In this document: positions 1 through 8,579 of the stretch, piece after piece
How the letters are laid out: every line of letters begins with the position of its first letter
How positions within the stretch are numbered: the first letter of the stretch is position 1
Source of the DNA: Verrucomicrobiota bacterium
GTDB lineage: Bacteria; Verrucomicrobiota; Verrucomicrobiia; Chthoniobacterales; Chthoniobacteraceae
Direction of reading: 5' to 3'
Length of the DNA: 64,000 nt
Assembly (NCBI GenBank): GCA_037143855.1
Contig: JBAWXX010000001.1
Location: forward strand, 43,675 to 107,674
The notes under the pieces: model-generated
The model's input: only the letters and a program-made list of their open reading frames with translations
Told to the model about the DNA's origin: nothing
Databases searched by the model: none
Translations under genes and position numbers: made by a program

Positions 1-138
1 CGCCACGCCTTCGTCCAGAGCCCGGAGGGCTTTGTCCAACGGGCCGCGATCGGCCGAAAGCGCCGGGGAGGCGGGCAGCGCGGCGAGGAGCCAAAGGCTG
101 GCCACGGCGCGGCGAAGGAAAGAAAGAGAAAACGTCAT
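1..138 (-). CDS. 5' end (46 codons) of an exported protein; the gene runs off the window edge
   Basis: ATG at 138 on the minus strand, open to position 1. Translation MTFSLSFLRRAVASLWLLAALPASPALSADRGPLDKALRALDEGVA looks like a Sec signal peptide. Absent from the ORF track because it is truncated. Confidence 0.4.
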   Translation of the reverse strand, partial: MTFSLSFLRRAVASLWLLAALPASPALSADRGPLDKALRALDEGVA

Positions 139-202
139 GAGGCGAGCCTTTCTTTATGCCAGTTTTCCTCGCGCGGCAAAGGCATTTCACTACAATCCCC
201 CC

Positions 203-622
203 ATGCCTGCCTTGCTCCTCAACGCCACGGCCACCGCGGAATGGGTGGTCCGCGCCTCCGATCTCGCCAGTTCGCTTCCCTCGGATCCCCGCGACGCGTT
301 TCCCCCGGTTTTCGCCACGCCCCGCCTGGCGGCCTTGATGGAGCTGGCCTGCGCCCGGCTGCTGCAACCCATTCTGGAGCCGGGCGAGCTTTCCGTGGGC
401 GTCAGCCTGGACTTGGCGCACACCGCCGCCACGCTGGAGGGGGCCAAAGTGACCGCGACCGCGCGTTACGTGGGCCGCGACGGCGCTTTCTATGTCCTCA
501 AGGTGACGGCTTCGGACCCGGCGGGCGAAATTGGACGGGCCACCCACAAGCGGGCCATCGTCTCGGTGGAGCGGTTGCTGGCTGGAGCCCAAAAGCGGGC
601 GGCGGCGCCCCGCCCCCTATAG
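203..622 (+). CDS. Hotdog-fold thioesterase family protein
   Basis: ORF track 32..622. ATG at 203 (MPALLLNATATAEWVV) is preferred over TTG at 32, whose extension is Arg/Ala-rich and overlaps the divergent gene start. The body (FATPRLAALMELACARLL...VGVSLDLAHTAATLEGAKVTATARYVGRDGAFYVLKV) matches the single-domain hotdog thioesterase pattern from memory. Confidence 0.65.
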   Translation: MPALLLNATATAEWVVRASDLASSLPSDPRDAFPPVFATPRLAALMELACARLLQPILEPGELSVGVSLDLAHTAATLEGAKVTATARYVGRDGAFYVLKVTASDPAGEIGRATHKRAIVSVERLLAGAQKRAAAPRPL

Positions 623-3154
623 CGCAGGCTCCGGCCGGACCACCGCAAGCACGCGGGGGGCTTCCCCAAAGAGATCACGGGCGACGGCGCGCACGTCTTC
701 CAGCGTCACGGCTTCGACGCGTTCCCGCAAGTGCGTGGATTCGTCAAACCCGAGGCCGTAGAGTTCGTCGAGGGCGCAGGAGTGGGCCAGGGCGTCGTTG
801 CTCTGCTTGTGGAGCGCTTCCTGGCCCAGCAGCTTGGCTTTGGCGCGCGCCAGTTCCTCGGCGGTGAGGCCGTCGGCGGCCAGGGCGCGGATTTCGTCCA
901 AAAGCTCGGCCTGGACGGGCACGACCTTGGCGGGGGAGGTGCCAAGATAAAAGACGAACGGCCCGGGGACGAGCCCCTGGACCTGGCTCGCGCCGACAAA
1001 ATAGGCGAGCCCGAGGCTCTCCCGGATCCGCAGGAAGAACCGCGAGCCCAGGTCGCTGCATGCCTCTTCGATCAGCTCCAGGGCGTAGCGCCGGGGGTCG
1101 TGCAGGTCGATCCCGCGAAATCCCACCATGAGGATGGCCTGTTCGTTCGCCTTGTGTTCCTCGACGCTGCGGGAGCCGTCCAAGGGAGCGGGCGGGATGG
1201 GTGCGGTGTGGGCGGGTTCCCCGGCGGGCAGAGCGCCGAAGGCTTGCTCGGCCAGCGCCCGGACTTCTTCCGCCTTCACGGCTCCGAAGACGGAGAGCAC
1301 GCCGTTGCGGCCGACGGCGAAGCGCCGGTGGAAGGCGTCCAGCCGGGCGCGGTCAAGCCCGGCGACGGAGGCGGGGTTGCCGTTGGAACGGAGGCCATAG
1401 GGGTGCCCGGGGAACAAAGTGCGGCGCAGGAGGGCGCGGGCGATGGAGGTGGGCTCCTCCTCCTCGGCTTTGAGGGCGGCGAGTTGCGCCTCTTTTTCGC
1501 GGGCGACCTCGGCCTCGGGAAAGCTCGGGCGGGCCAGGATCTCGCCCAAGATTTCGAGCCCGGCGGCAAGGTTGGGTTGCAGGGTGCGCAGCGAGACGGC
1601 GAAGGATTGGTTCCCGGCTTCCGCGGCGATGCCGCCGCCCAGGGCCTCGATGGATTCGGCGATTTCTTGCGCGGAGCGTGCGGCCGTCCCCTTGGGAAGA
1701 ACGTGCGCGTGGAGGCGGCCGATGCCGTTGTTTTCAGGCGTCTCGGCAAGCAGCCCGGCTTTGAAGCAGGCGACGGCGGAGACGAGCGGCAGCCGCGGGT
1801 CTTCGCGGACCAGCAGGGTCAGGCCGTTGGAAAGGGTGTATTTTTGCACGGCCCCGGCGGGGGCGGCTGCGGCAGCCCGGGCGGGAGGCGGCAGGGAGCC
1901 GGGCGGGTTGAGGGAGGTGACGGTCAGGTTGGCGTCGGTGCAATACGTGGCGGCCACGCGGGCGATGTCGGCCGGGGCGACGCGCTGGAGGGCGGCAAAA
2001 TAGTCGCGGGTATAGTTGGGGTTGCGGGTCAGTTGCCAGTTGGAGCCGATGTCCGAGGCGCGCCCCCGCGTGGTGGCGAGGCTGCTCAGTTGGCTGGAGA
2101 GGGCCTGGGCGCGCGCTTTCTCCAACTCGCCCGGGAACGCGCCCCCGGCTTTGATGCGCTCGATGACGGCAAAGATTTCCGCCAGGGCGGCTTCCCGGCG
2201 CGCGGGGTCGGCGAGGGCTTCGATGCCCAAGAGGCCGGGCTGCCCCGGGGTGTAACACCAGGCGCTGATGCCGTGGACGAGCCCGCACTCCTCGCGGACG
2301 CGCCGGTTGAGGCGGCTGGAGCGGCCGTCGCCCAGGAGGAGGGCAAGGAGGTCGAGCGCGGGCACGTCCGGGTGGGTCAGTTCGGGGATGTGCCACGCGA
2401 TTTCGAGCCGGGTCAGCTCAGCGGATGGAAATTCGACGTGCTCCTCTCTGCGGCCGCTCTGCGGCGGTTCCTGGGGGATGAAGACGGGGGCGAGCGGACC
2501 GCGCGGCGTCTCGGCGAAGGCGGCGGCGAGCTGGTCGTGCACGGCCTGCGGGTCCACGTCGCCGGTGACGACGAAGAAAAGGTTGTTGGGGACGTACCGG
2601 GCCCGGTAGTACGCCATGACATCGTCGCGCGTGAGCCGGTTGTAGATGTCAAGGTGCCCGATGACGGGGTGGCGATAGGGATGGCGGCGGAAGGCGGTGG
2701 CAAAGAGGGTCTGCGAACTCATCCGGTCGGGATCGTCCCGGCACATGGCGAACTCGCGCCGGATGACCTCCTGCTCTTTCACGTATTCCTCGGGCGGCAG
2801 GGCGGCGTGTTGCACGGCGTCGGCCAGGAGGTCGATGGCCGCTCCTACGCCTGGGCTGGGGGTGTCGATCCAATAGACGGTCCGGTCAAAGGAGGTGTAG
2901 GCGTTGAGCACGCCCCCGAGGGCGTGGACGCTCTGGGCAAAGACGTTGGGCCCCCGGGTGGCGGTCCCCTTGAAGAGCATGTGTTCCAGGATGTGCGAGA
3001 GCCCCGAGCCGAGCCAGCGGTCTTCGTGAATGGAGCCCGTCTCGCACCAGGCCTGGATGCTGGCGACGGGGGCGGCGTGGTCTTCCTCCACCAAAATGCC
3101 AAGGCCGTTGGGGAGGGTCCATTGGCGGACGGCGGAGGGGGGGAGGTCGATCAT
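617..3154 (-). CDS. M16 family zinc metallopeptidase, double-length (two M16 active/inactive domain pairs, PqqL-like)
   Basis: 845 aa. Inverted zincin HxxEH motif in GLSHILEHMLFKG. A second M16-like unit begins near YTLSNGLTLLVRED. The antisense 1021-aa ORF was rejected. Confidence 0.9.
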   Translation of the reverse strand: MIDLPPSAVRQWTLPNGLGILVEEDHAAPVASIQAWCETGSIHEDRWLGSGLSHILEHMLFKGTATRGPNVFAQSVHALGGVLNAYTSFDRTVYWIDTPSPGVGAAIDLLADAVQHAALPPEEYVKEQEVIRREFAMCRDDPDRMSSQTLFATAFRRHPYRHPVIGHLDIYNRLTRDDVMAYYRARYVPNNLFFVVTGDVDPQAVHDQLAAAFAETPRGPLAPVFIPQEPPQSGRREEHVEFPSAELTRLEIAWHIPELTHPDVPALDLLALLLGDGRSSRLNRRVREECGLVHGISAWCYTPGQPGLLGIEALADPARREAALAEIFAVIERIKAGGAFPGELEKARAQALSSQLSSLATTRGRASDIGSNWQLTRNPNYTRDYFAALQRVAPADIARVAATYCTDANLTVTSLNPPGSLPPPARAAAAAPAGAVQKYTLSNGLTLLVREDPRLPLVSAVACFKAGLLAETPENNGIGRLHAHVLPKGTAARSAQEIAESIEALGGGIAAEAGNQSFAVSLRTLQPNLAAGLEILGEILARPSFPEAEVAREKEAQLAALKAEEEEPTSIARALLRRTLFPGHPYGLRSNGNPASVAGLDRARLDAFHRRFAVGRNGVLSVFGAVKAEEVRALAEQAFGALPAGEPAHTAPIPPAPLDGSRSVEEHKANEQAILMVGFRGIDLHDPRRYALELIEEACSDLGSRFFLRIRESLGLAYFVGASQVQGLVPGPFVFYLGTSPAKVVPVQAELLDEIRALAADGLTAEELARAKAKLLGQEALHKQSNDALAHSCALDELYGLGFDESTHLRERVEAVTLEDVRAVARDLFGEAPRVLAVVRPEPAL

Positions 3155-3169
3155 GGAGCGCTGGCAAAT

Positions 3170-3664
3170 TTACGACTGGCGCAACGGCTTGCCGGGCTGC
3201 CGTGGGGAACCGCCGCTGGCTTCTCCGCTGGCGTCGTCCTGGGAATCGGCCCGGGGGCTCGGCGCGGGGGCTTGGGGCCGGGTTTCGGGCAGGAAGGGTT
3301 TCACGAAGGCTTCCTGGAAGTCGTAGCCGTTGCGGAAGTCGTCGATGGTGTCGGTGTCGGTTTTGCCGAAGATGCCGGCGCGGATGAGGTTGAAGACCAT
3401 CTCGCCGAAATCTTCGCAGCGGCCGATGCCCCAGGTTTCAAAGACCATCGGGACCATGGGGCCGTACTCGCGCAGGGCGAAGGCGCGGACGCCGTCGAGC
3501 AATTCCTGCCCCGTGACGTGCCGGGAAAGGTCGGCTTTCTGTTTTTTGCGGGACTTCATGGTGAAGTCGAGGGCGTCCTGCAAGAAGAGGTAGGCCTCCC
3601 GGTCATAACGCGGGTCTGCCGCGACCACTTGGTCAAGCGCTTCGGTAAAACCAGTTTTCTGCAT
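3170..3664 (-). CDS. Conserved hypothetical protein (small globular N-domain plus acidic/Pro-rich tail); probably co-transcribed with the M16 peptidase
   Basis: 164-aa ORF with protein-like composition (MQKTGFTEALDQVVAADPRYDREAYLFLQDALDF...). Lies 15 nt upstream of the M16 gene on the same strand. Resembles a PVC-restricted family from memory; unverified. Confidence 0.7.
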   Translation of the reverse strand: MQKTGFTEALDQVVAADPRYDREAYLFLQDALDFTMKSRKKQKADLSRHVTGQELLDGVRAFALREYGPMVPMVFETWGIGRCEDFGEMVFNLIRAGIFGKTDTDTIDDFRNGYDFQEAFVKPFLPETRPQAPAPSPRADSQDDASGEASGGSPRQPGKPLRQS

Positions 3665-3682
3665 AAAATCAAAAAGTCCTTC

Positions 3683-3838
3683 TCAACGGCGGGCAGGGTG
3701 GCCGGCGGGATGCGCCGCGACCGGACCGCTGGACGGCCCGGCCCCATGCCGCCGGTAATGCTGCACTGTGACCCCGACCAGCAGGAAAAGCAATAGCGCG
3801 CCTGCCAGGCGTTTTTCTTGGGCGGTGAAATGGATCAT
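3683..3838 (-). CDS. Possible small single-pass membrane protein
   Basis: Internal ATG at 3838 gives MIHFTAQEKRLAGALLLFLLVGVTVQHYRRH..., with one hydrophobic helix. Short and without a recognisable motif. Confidence 0.25.
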   Translation of the reverse strand: MIHFTAQEKRLAGALLLFLLVGVTVQHYRRHGAGPSSGPVAAHPAGHPARR

Positions 3839-4019
3839 GTAAAAGGACGAAAGCGGCAGGGAGTGTAGGCGCACACGCGGGGGCCGTCAACGCCTTGCGG
3901 GCGGGTGAACAGGGCTCACGCATGGGGTGGCGAGAATTGATGACACCAGGATTGCCTTCAAAAAGGGGCAAAACTCTCGATTCGGCCGCGGCTCTACCTG
4001 ATCCGTCACTCGTTTGCAC

Positions 4020-4049
4020 AAAAAACGGGATTCAGAAATTTGAATCCCG
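4020..4049 (-). terminator. Rho-independent terminator downstream of tRNA-Leu and repeat A1
   Basis: The minus strand reads CGGGATTCA-AATTTC-TGAATCCCG (9-bp stem) followed by TTTTTT. Confidence 0.7.
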
Positions 4050-4067
4050 CAGCAAGCCACTGTCTAT

Positions 4068-4236
4068 TAGAGCGGTTTCGGTTTATTTTGTCGTATGCTC
4101 TTCGGCGGCGAGAGTCGCTGTGCGTCTTTTTGCGCTTGGGCTGTATTTACAAATACAGCCGCTGCGCTCAAAAAGCCCCGCATCAACCCTCGGCGCTCTC
4201 AGATCATTGCGACAAAATAACCCAAAAACGCTCTAG
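4068..4236 (+). repeat. Family-A palindromic 169-bp element, copy A1 (MITE/REP-like, no coding capacity)
   Basis: By eye it is identical to the reverse complement of 19359/19360..19528. Imperfect terminal inverted repeats are AGAGCGGTTTCGGTTTATTTTGTCG and CGACAAAATAACCCAAAAACGCTCT. The central perfect hairpin is GGCTGTATTT-AC-AAATACAGCC. The ORF track gives the same peptide (SYALRRRESLCVFLRLGCIYKYSRCAQKAPHQPSALSDHCDKITQKRS) from both copies. Confidence 0.9.
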
Positions 4237-4247
4237 CTGTTTAAAGA

Positions 4248-4332
4248 TACCGGCGATAGGGGTCGAACCTACACGTCTTTAAAGGACAACGGATTTTGAG
4301 TCCGCCGCGTCTGCCAATTCCGCCACGCCGGC
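4248..4332 (-). tRNA. tRNA-Leu (anticodon CAA), class II with long variable arm
   Basis: The minus strand GCCGGCGTGGCGGAATTGGCAGACGCGGCGGACTCAAAATCCGTTGTCCTTTAAAGACGTGTAGGTTCGACCCCTATCGCCGGTA folds as a tRNA. It has a 7-bp acceptor stem (G1-U72 wobble plus 6 Watson-Crick pairs) and anticodon stem GCGGA/TCCGT with loop CTCAAAA. It also has a long variable arm and a T-loop TTCGACC. CCA is not encoded. Confidence 0.9.
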
Positions 4333-4335
4333 GCG

Positions 4336-5058
4336 CTAGAGAGGTGAGAAAATAGAGGGGCTGCCCAAGGATTGCAAGCCCTTTGGTTCGCCTAAAATCT
4401 CCTTCAGCAGGATGGCGCGGCGCAATGCCGCGGGGCTGCCCAGTTGTTCCCGCAGGCCCATCTGCAAATCTACCGCCGGGGCAGGCTGACCAAAGGGTTG
4501 CGCATCCTGCCGTTTCGCCGGGGTAACGCCCGCTCCCGCCGCCGCGATGGACGCTTGCGTCCGCGCGATGGCTGCGGGTGCAAAGGAGGTCACTTGAACC
4601 GCGGGAGCGCTCTCGCTCATCGGCCGGCTCTTGGGAATTTTCGGGAGAGGCCCGCCGGTTTCCAACGGCGGGGCGATGGACCGGTGGGCGGGCTCTGGTT
4701 GCGGCTCGGCGGGCGCGGACGTCACCGGCCGGAAAGCGGGGCGTTCGACCCGCCGGACGATGGGGCGGGGCACGGGCGGCGCAACGCTCTGGGACTCCGA
4801 GGGCCGGGGAACAGGTCGCTGCGCGGGGGGAGGCACGCCATTGGCGGGAAGGCCGAGGGCTTCCATGAACCGCCGCATTTTCTCTTCATCGGTTTCCGCG
4901 TGCGTGGAGGGTTCCGCCGGGGTGCCAAGGGGGCGGCGCGGCGCGGGAGGCGCGTCCTCCCCGGCGTCGCCGCCGGACTGGAATTTCCCGCCGTTTTCAA
5001 CCAGCCATTTGACGAGGGCCAACGCCCCGACAATCAGCACGACGATGAGTTGATCCAT
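4336..5058 (-). CDS. N-terminally membrane-anchored proline-rich hypothetical protein
   Basis: 240 aa. It has an N-terminal TM helix (MDQLIVVLIVGALALVKWLV), a long Pro/Ala-rich region and a conserved-looking C-terminus (ALRRAILLKEILGEPKG). It sits between floA and tRNA-Leu on the same strand. Confidence 0.6.
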   Translation of the reverse strand: MDQLIVVLIVGALALVKWLVENGGKFQSGGDAGEDAPPAPRRPLGTPAEPSTHAETDEEKMRRFMEALGLPANGVPPPAQRPVPRPSESQSVAPPVPRPIVRRVERPAFRPVTSAPAEPQPEPAHRSIAPPLETGGPLPKIPKSRPMSESAPAVQVTSFAPAAIARTQASIAAAGAGVTPAKRQDAQPFGQPAPAVDLQMGLREQLGSPAALRRAILLKEILGEPKGLQSLGSPSIFSPL

Positions 5059-5067
5059 GGGAACTCC

Positions 5068-5231
5068 CTAGTACCTTGTAACAAGGAAAATGGCGCATAG
5101 AGCGCCGGATTTTTGGTTCAGGGCAAGGCGGAAATCCACGGCGCTATCTGTAGATAACGCCTTGGGCTGACTACGTAACCCTGGGCCAAGAAGACAAGCG
5201 GCAGGCGTCATTTTATGCGTTACAGGGTAAA
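5068..5231. repeat. Family-B small element, long form (B1)
   Basis: The left arm CTAGTACCTTGTAACAAGGAAAATGGCGCATAGAGCGCCGGATTTT is identical to 10327..10372. The right arm ATGCGTTACAGGG matches ATGCGTTACAAGG at 10373..10385. The arms are separated here by 96 extra bp (5114..5209), which are flanked by ATTTT on both sides. Confidence 0.8.
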
Positions 5232-5266
5232 AACGGCTTTCTTTCGGCTTGCGCCAATCCGCCCGG

Positions 5267-6301
5267 CTACTGCTGGGCGGGGCGGGCTTCGTCGGCGCCA
5301 CTCCGGTCGCCTCCGGCAATGGCCGTGCGCATCTGGGTGTCGCTCTGGACGTTTTTCATGCGGATGTAATCCATGATGCCGAGGTTCCCGGCGCGGAAGG
5401 CTTCCGCCATGGCCTGGGGGACCTGCGCTTCGGCTTCGACCACCTTGGCCCGCATTTCCTGGGTGCGGGCGCGCATTTCCTGCTCCGAGGCGACGGCGGC
5501 GGCGCGGCGGACTTCGGCCCGGGCCTGGGCGACGCGCTTGTCGGCCTCGGCCTGTTCGGCCTGCAGTTTCGCGCCGATGTTGTCGCCTACGTCCACGTCG
5601 GCAATGTCGATGGAAAGGATTTCAAACGCCGTGTTGCTGTCGAGGCCCTTGGCCAGCACGGCCTTGGAAATGCGATCCGGGTTTTCGAGCACCTCTTTAT
5701 AGGAATCCGCCGAACCGATGGCGCTTACGATCCCCTCGCCCACGCGGGCGATGATGGTTTCCTCCGTCGCGCCGCCGACAAAGCGGTCGAGGTGGGAGCG
5801 AACCGTGACGCGCGCCTTGGCTTTCACGCCGATGCCGTCTTTGGCCACGCCGTCGATGCTGGTGCGGCCCATGGCGGCGTTGGGGCAATCGATGACTTTG
5901 GGGTTCACGCTGGTCTGCACGGCTTCGAGGACGGTTTTGCCGGTCCCCTTGGTGGCCAGGTCGATGGCGCACGTCCGGTTGTAGTCCAGGACGATGCCCG
6001 CCCGGTCGGCCATGATGAGGGCCAGGATCACCTGGGGCACGTTGCCGCCGGACTGGTAATGGAGTTGGAGCGATTTGAGGTCGATATCCATGCCCGCCTT
6101 GATCGCCATGATGCGGGCGTCCACGATCAGCGCCACCGGGATACCCTGAAGCCGCATCCCCACCATGTCCAGAAGGCCCACATCGGCCTGGTTGGACCAT
6201 GCCCGGACCCAGATGCCGAAGAAGTTGAAGAGAACCACCGCAAACACGAGCAGAAGGATTCCGCCCACACCCACCGCGAGAAACACAAGCGTCGGATTCA
6301 T
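5267..6301 (-). CDS. floA: Flotillin-like protein FloA (UPF0365/YqfA family, SPFH-type)
   Basis: 344 aa. It has an N-terminal TM helix, and [26 protein letters not shown]...[16 protein letters not shown]...[17 protein letters not shown] is colinear with the FloA family from memory. A C-terminal coiled-coil Ala/Glu-rich segment is present. Confidence 0.85.
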   Translation of the reverse strand: MNPTLVFLAVGVGGILLLVFAVVLFNFFGIWVRAWSNQADVGLLDMVGMRLQGIPVALIVDARIMAIKAGMDIDLKSLQLHYQSGGNVPQVILALIMADRAGIVLDYNRTCAIDLATKGTGKTVLEAVQTSVNPKVIDCPNAAMGRTSIDGVAKDGIGVKAKARVTVRSHLDRFVGGATEETIIARVGEGIVSAIGSADSYKEVLENPDRISKAVLAKGLDSNTAFEILSIDIADVDVGDNIGAKLQAEQAEADKRVAQARAEVRRAAAVASEQEMRARTQEMRAKVVEAEAQVPQAMAEAFRAGNLGIMDYIRMKNVQSDTQMRTAIAGGDRSGADEARPAQQ

Positions 6302-6715
6302 GGGGCCGAGACTATCCTCTGCGGATCATTCTGCAAGCTTTCCCGTAGCTTCTTTTTTTCCAAAAAAGGGGCCGGGTGCTGGAGCGATAGGTCATGCATT
6401 TCGCCAATCAACTATTTGCTGGATTCGTCCATGCAAACAAGTGGAAACCTTGCACCGCAGGGCAATGATAGGCATTGAGGGCCGCATTTTTGGTTCAGTG
6501 CAAGGAATCCGCTTCCCTCATTGGATTATGAGCCATGGGGTTCCTTGATGATCGGCAACTTACAAAAAAAGGTCCGATTCGCGCCTGCCGCGTACTCAAC
6601 AGCCACTTGACATGAACTCATTAAATGATTGAATCATCCTTAACCTCAGAACTTTTGCGGCCCGCTGTGTATTTTCCGCCCCGTTTGCCCCCACCTAAAA
6701 AATAGAAAGATAACC

Positions 6716-7660
6716 ATGAAGAAACTCCTTTTCTTGGCAGCCATTATGGCTTGCCTCATCCAGTCTACAGCCACTCATGCGGCGAATGCGCCTGAATACG
6801 TTTCTGGACTATCTTACGGCAAATCCGATCACCTCCCGACTATATCATCCCTGGCCGTGGGCAAGGATGACTTCCTGGTCGTGGCGGCCATGAACAAGGT
6901 ATTCATCTACGATCCGGCCAAGGAACAGAGCGTGCGCAGCTTTGACTCGGGCTTTGCGAAAATCAGCGCCGTGGCGGTGGAGGGCCAGACAATTTACGTT
7001 TTCTCGCGCAAGACCAAACCGAAGGAAATGGCACTCAACGGACGCAAATTCACATATGAGGTCCCCATCGGGGCGCAATGCAAAAAGTTCGCGTGGGATG
7101 GCACTCTGATTGGCGAATTAAAATTGGAAAACCTGATGGATGTCATCAACGCAAAGGTTGTTGCCGGCAAGGTTTACGTTTCCGATTTTGGCGGGACCCG
7201 CACGATCCGCGTCTTTGATGCAAGGACGGGCAAAGCGATGGCTTCGATTGGCAAAAACCTGCGCCTTTGCTGCGGTATTCTTGATTTTGCAGTCGACCCC
7301 AAAAACGAGGATGTGCTCGTCGCCAACCTGGGGGCTTTCCGGCTGGAACGCTACAGCCCCGCTGGCAACCTCCATTCCTTCTTTGGCAAGCGCGGGGATG
7401 ACGCCGAATCGTTCCAGGGTTGCTGTAATCCGGTCAGCGCGGCGGTGTTGCCCGATGGCAATCTGGTAGTCGTGCAAAAAGACCCCTCCCAAGTGAAGCT
7501 CTATACGCCCCAAGGCCAGTTGCTTTTCCAGTTCAAGGATTTGCAGGAACTCGTAAAAGGTTGCAACCGGGTCTCGCTCGCCGTGGATTCCCGCGGACGG
7601 GTTTATCTTGGGGTGGACATGGGCGAACGATTCATTCTACAATACGTGCCGAAATTGTAA
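6716..7660 (+). CDS. Exported NHL-repeat beta-propeller protein with two vicinal Cys-Cys motifs
   Basis: Signal peptide MKKLLFLAAIMACLIQSTATHA-AN. At least 5 NHL-like blades (KVYVSDFGGTRTIRVFD, LDFAVDPKNEDVLVANLGAFRLERYSPAGN, NPVSAAVLPDGNLVVVQKDPSQVKLYTPQG, NRVSLAVDSRGRVYLGVD). CC pairs at codons 185-186 and 236-237. Confidence 0.8.
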   Translation: MKKLLFLAAIMACLIQSTATHAANAPEYVSGLSYGKSDHLPTISSLAVGKDDFLVVAAMNKVFIYDPAKEQSVRSFDSGFAKISAVAVEGQTIYVFSRKTKPKEMALNGRKFTYEVPIGAQCKKFAWDGTLIGELKLENLMDVINAKVVAGKVYVSDFGGTRTIRVFDARTGKAMASIGKNLRLCCGILDFAVDPKNEDVLVANLGAFRLERYSPAGNLHSFFGKRGDDAESFQGCCNPVSAAVLPDGNLVVVQKDPSQVKLYTPQGQLLFQFKDLQELVKGCNRVSLAVDSRGRVYLGVDMGERFILQYVPKL

Positions 7661-7670
7661 AAGAACCCGT

Positions 7671-8579
7671 ATGACTTTTCCCAACCTCCTTTCGTGGTCT
7701 CTGGCGCTTTTATTGACCGGGGGAACCTTGGCTGCCAACCCGGCGGCAGAGAGCGAAACCGCTTTTTGCCACCAGGATGGGGAGCGACTGAAGCCGGGCA
7801 ATGCGCCGCTCAAACTGGTGGTAGGCGTCAACGACATCTACTGCAAGGACAGTTCCTGCAAGTGTATTGAGCATATTGCCACGCGACAGTACGGCGAGTT
7901 CTGCCGCAAGCTCAAGGAAGCTTACAACATCGATCTCCAATTTATATACTTCCTCGAACCGTACGATCTGGACCGGGCCTTCCGTGCGGAGCAATTCGAC
8001 GCGGTATTAAGTAAACCGTGGCTCGTCTTTCGGCATCCCGAGGCCTGCCAACGGATGGTGCGCGTGGCGGATTTACAAGATCTTCACCGCAACACCGGGC
8101 TGTGGGGCATCGTCATCGTGCCCAAAGATTCCCCCCTCAAAAACCTGGGGGAAATTGCGGGGCATCGCATTGCTTATGGGCAATCCGACGCCTATGAAAA
8201 ACATCAGGGCGCGCTCGCGCTCTTTAAACGCGAGGGAATCACAATCCCGGCGGACAAGCTTGTGGAAAAAGCAAGCTGCCTGGAATGCATCGACCTGTTG
8301 ATGAAAGGCAGCGTGGATGCCGCCGTCATCAGCAACTACGCGCTGACGGCGGACTGCGCCGTGGATATCACCACGCCGGATGCGTTTCGCGTGCTCGGGA
8401 AAACAGAGGAAATGCCCCTGACAAGCTTCATGATCGACCTCCGCCGCGTCTCGCGTGCCGACGCGTGCCGTGTGCAGCAGGCATTGTGCGAACTCTCGAA
8501 AACTGAGTTACCCCCCTCGATGAGCGGCGGCGGTTTTGTGAAACCGGCCTCGTGGAAAGTTCCTGGCATCGAGCGATGA
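7671..8579 (+). CDS. Exported PhnD-like (type-2 periplasmic binding protein fold) substrate-binding protein, Cys-rich
   Basis: ATG at 7671 lies 10 nt after the upstream stop. Signal peptide MTFPNLLSWSLALLLTGGTLAA. PBP2/PhnD-like blocks include LKLVVGVNDIY, GHRIAYGQSDAYEKHQGAL and VDAAVISNYAL. There is an N-terminal CKDSSCKC cluster and several further Cys. No ABC permease or ATPase is adjacent. Confidence 0.7.
   Translation: MTFPNLLSWSLALLLTGGTLAANPAAESETAFCHQDGERLKPGNAPLKLVVGVNDIYCKDSSCKCIEHIATRQYGEFCRKLKEAYNIDLQFIYFLEPYDLDRAFRAEQFDAVLSKPWLVFRHPEACQRMVRVADLQDLHRNTGLWGIVIVPKDSPLKNLGEIAGHRIAYGQSDAYEKHQGALALFKREGITIPADKLVEKASCLECIDLLMKGSVDAAVISNYALTADCAVDITTPDAFRVLGKTEEMPLTSFMIDLRRVSRADACRVQQALCELSKTELPPSMSGGGFVKPASWKVPGIER

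Noticed and set aside
731-3796. 1021-aa ORF on the plus strand, the longest ORF in the first 4 kb
   Set aside because: It is antisense to the M16 peptidase (which has a clear HxxEH motif) and to the 164-aa gene. Its Gly/Ala/Val/Asp/Glu/Arg-dominated, motif-free translation is typical of shadow ORFs in high-GC DNA.
4040-4282. 80-aa ORF and its near-twin at 19295..19507, sharing a 47-residue peptide (YALRRRESLCVFLRLGCIYKYSRCAQ...)
   Set aside because: The identity simply reflects the duplicated palindromic DNA element. The ORFs run through hairpin arms, lack start context, and one overlaps tRNA-Leu.
6607-6635. Possible sigma70-type promoter (TTGACA at 6607) upstream of the NHL operon
   Set aside because: No acceptable -10 hexamer lies at 16-18 nt spacing (TGAATC or TTGAAT only), and promoter consensus for this lineage is unknown to me. 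It is not reported as a feature.
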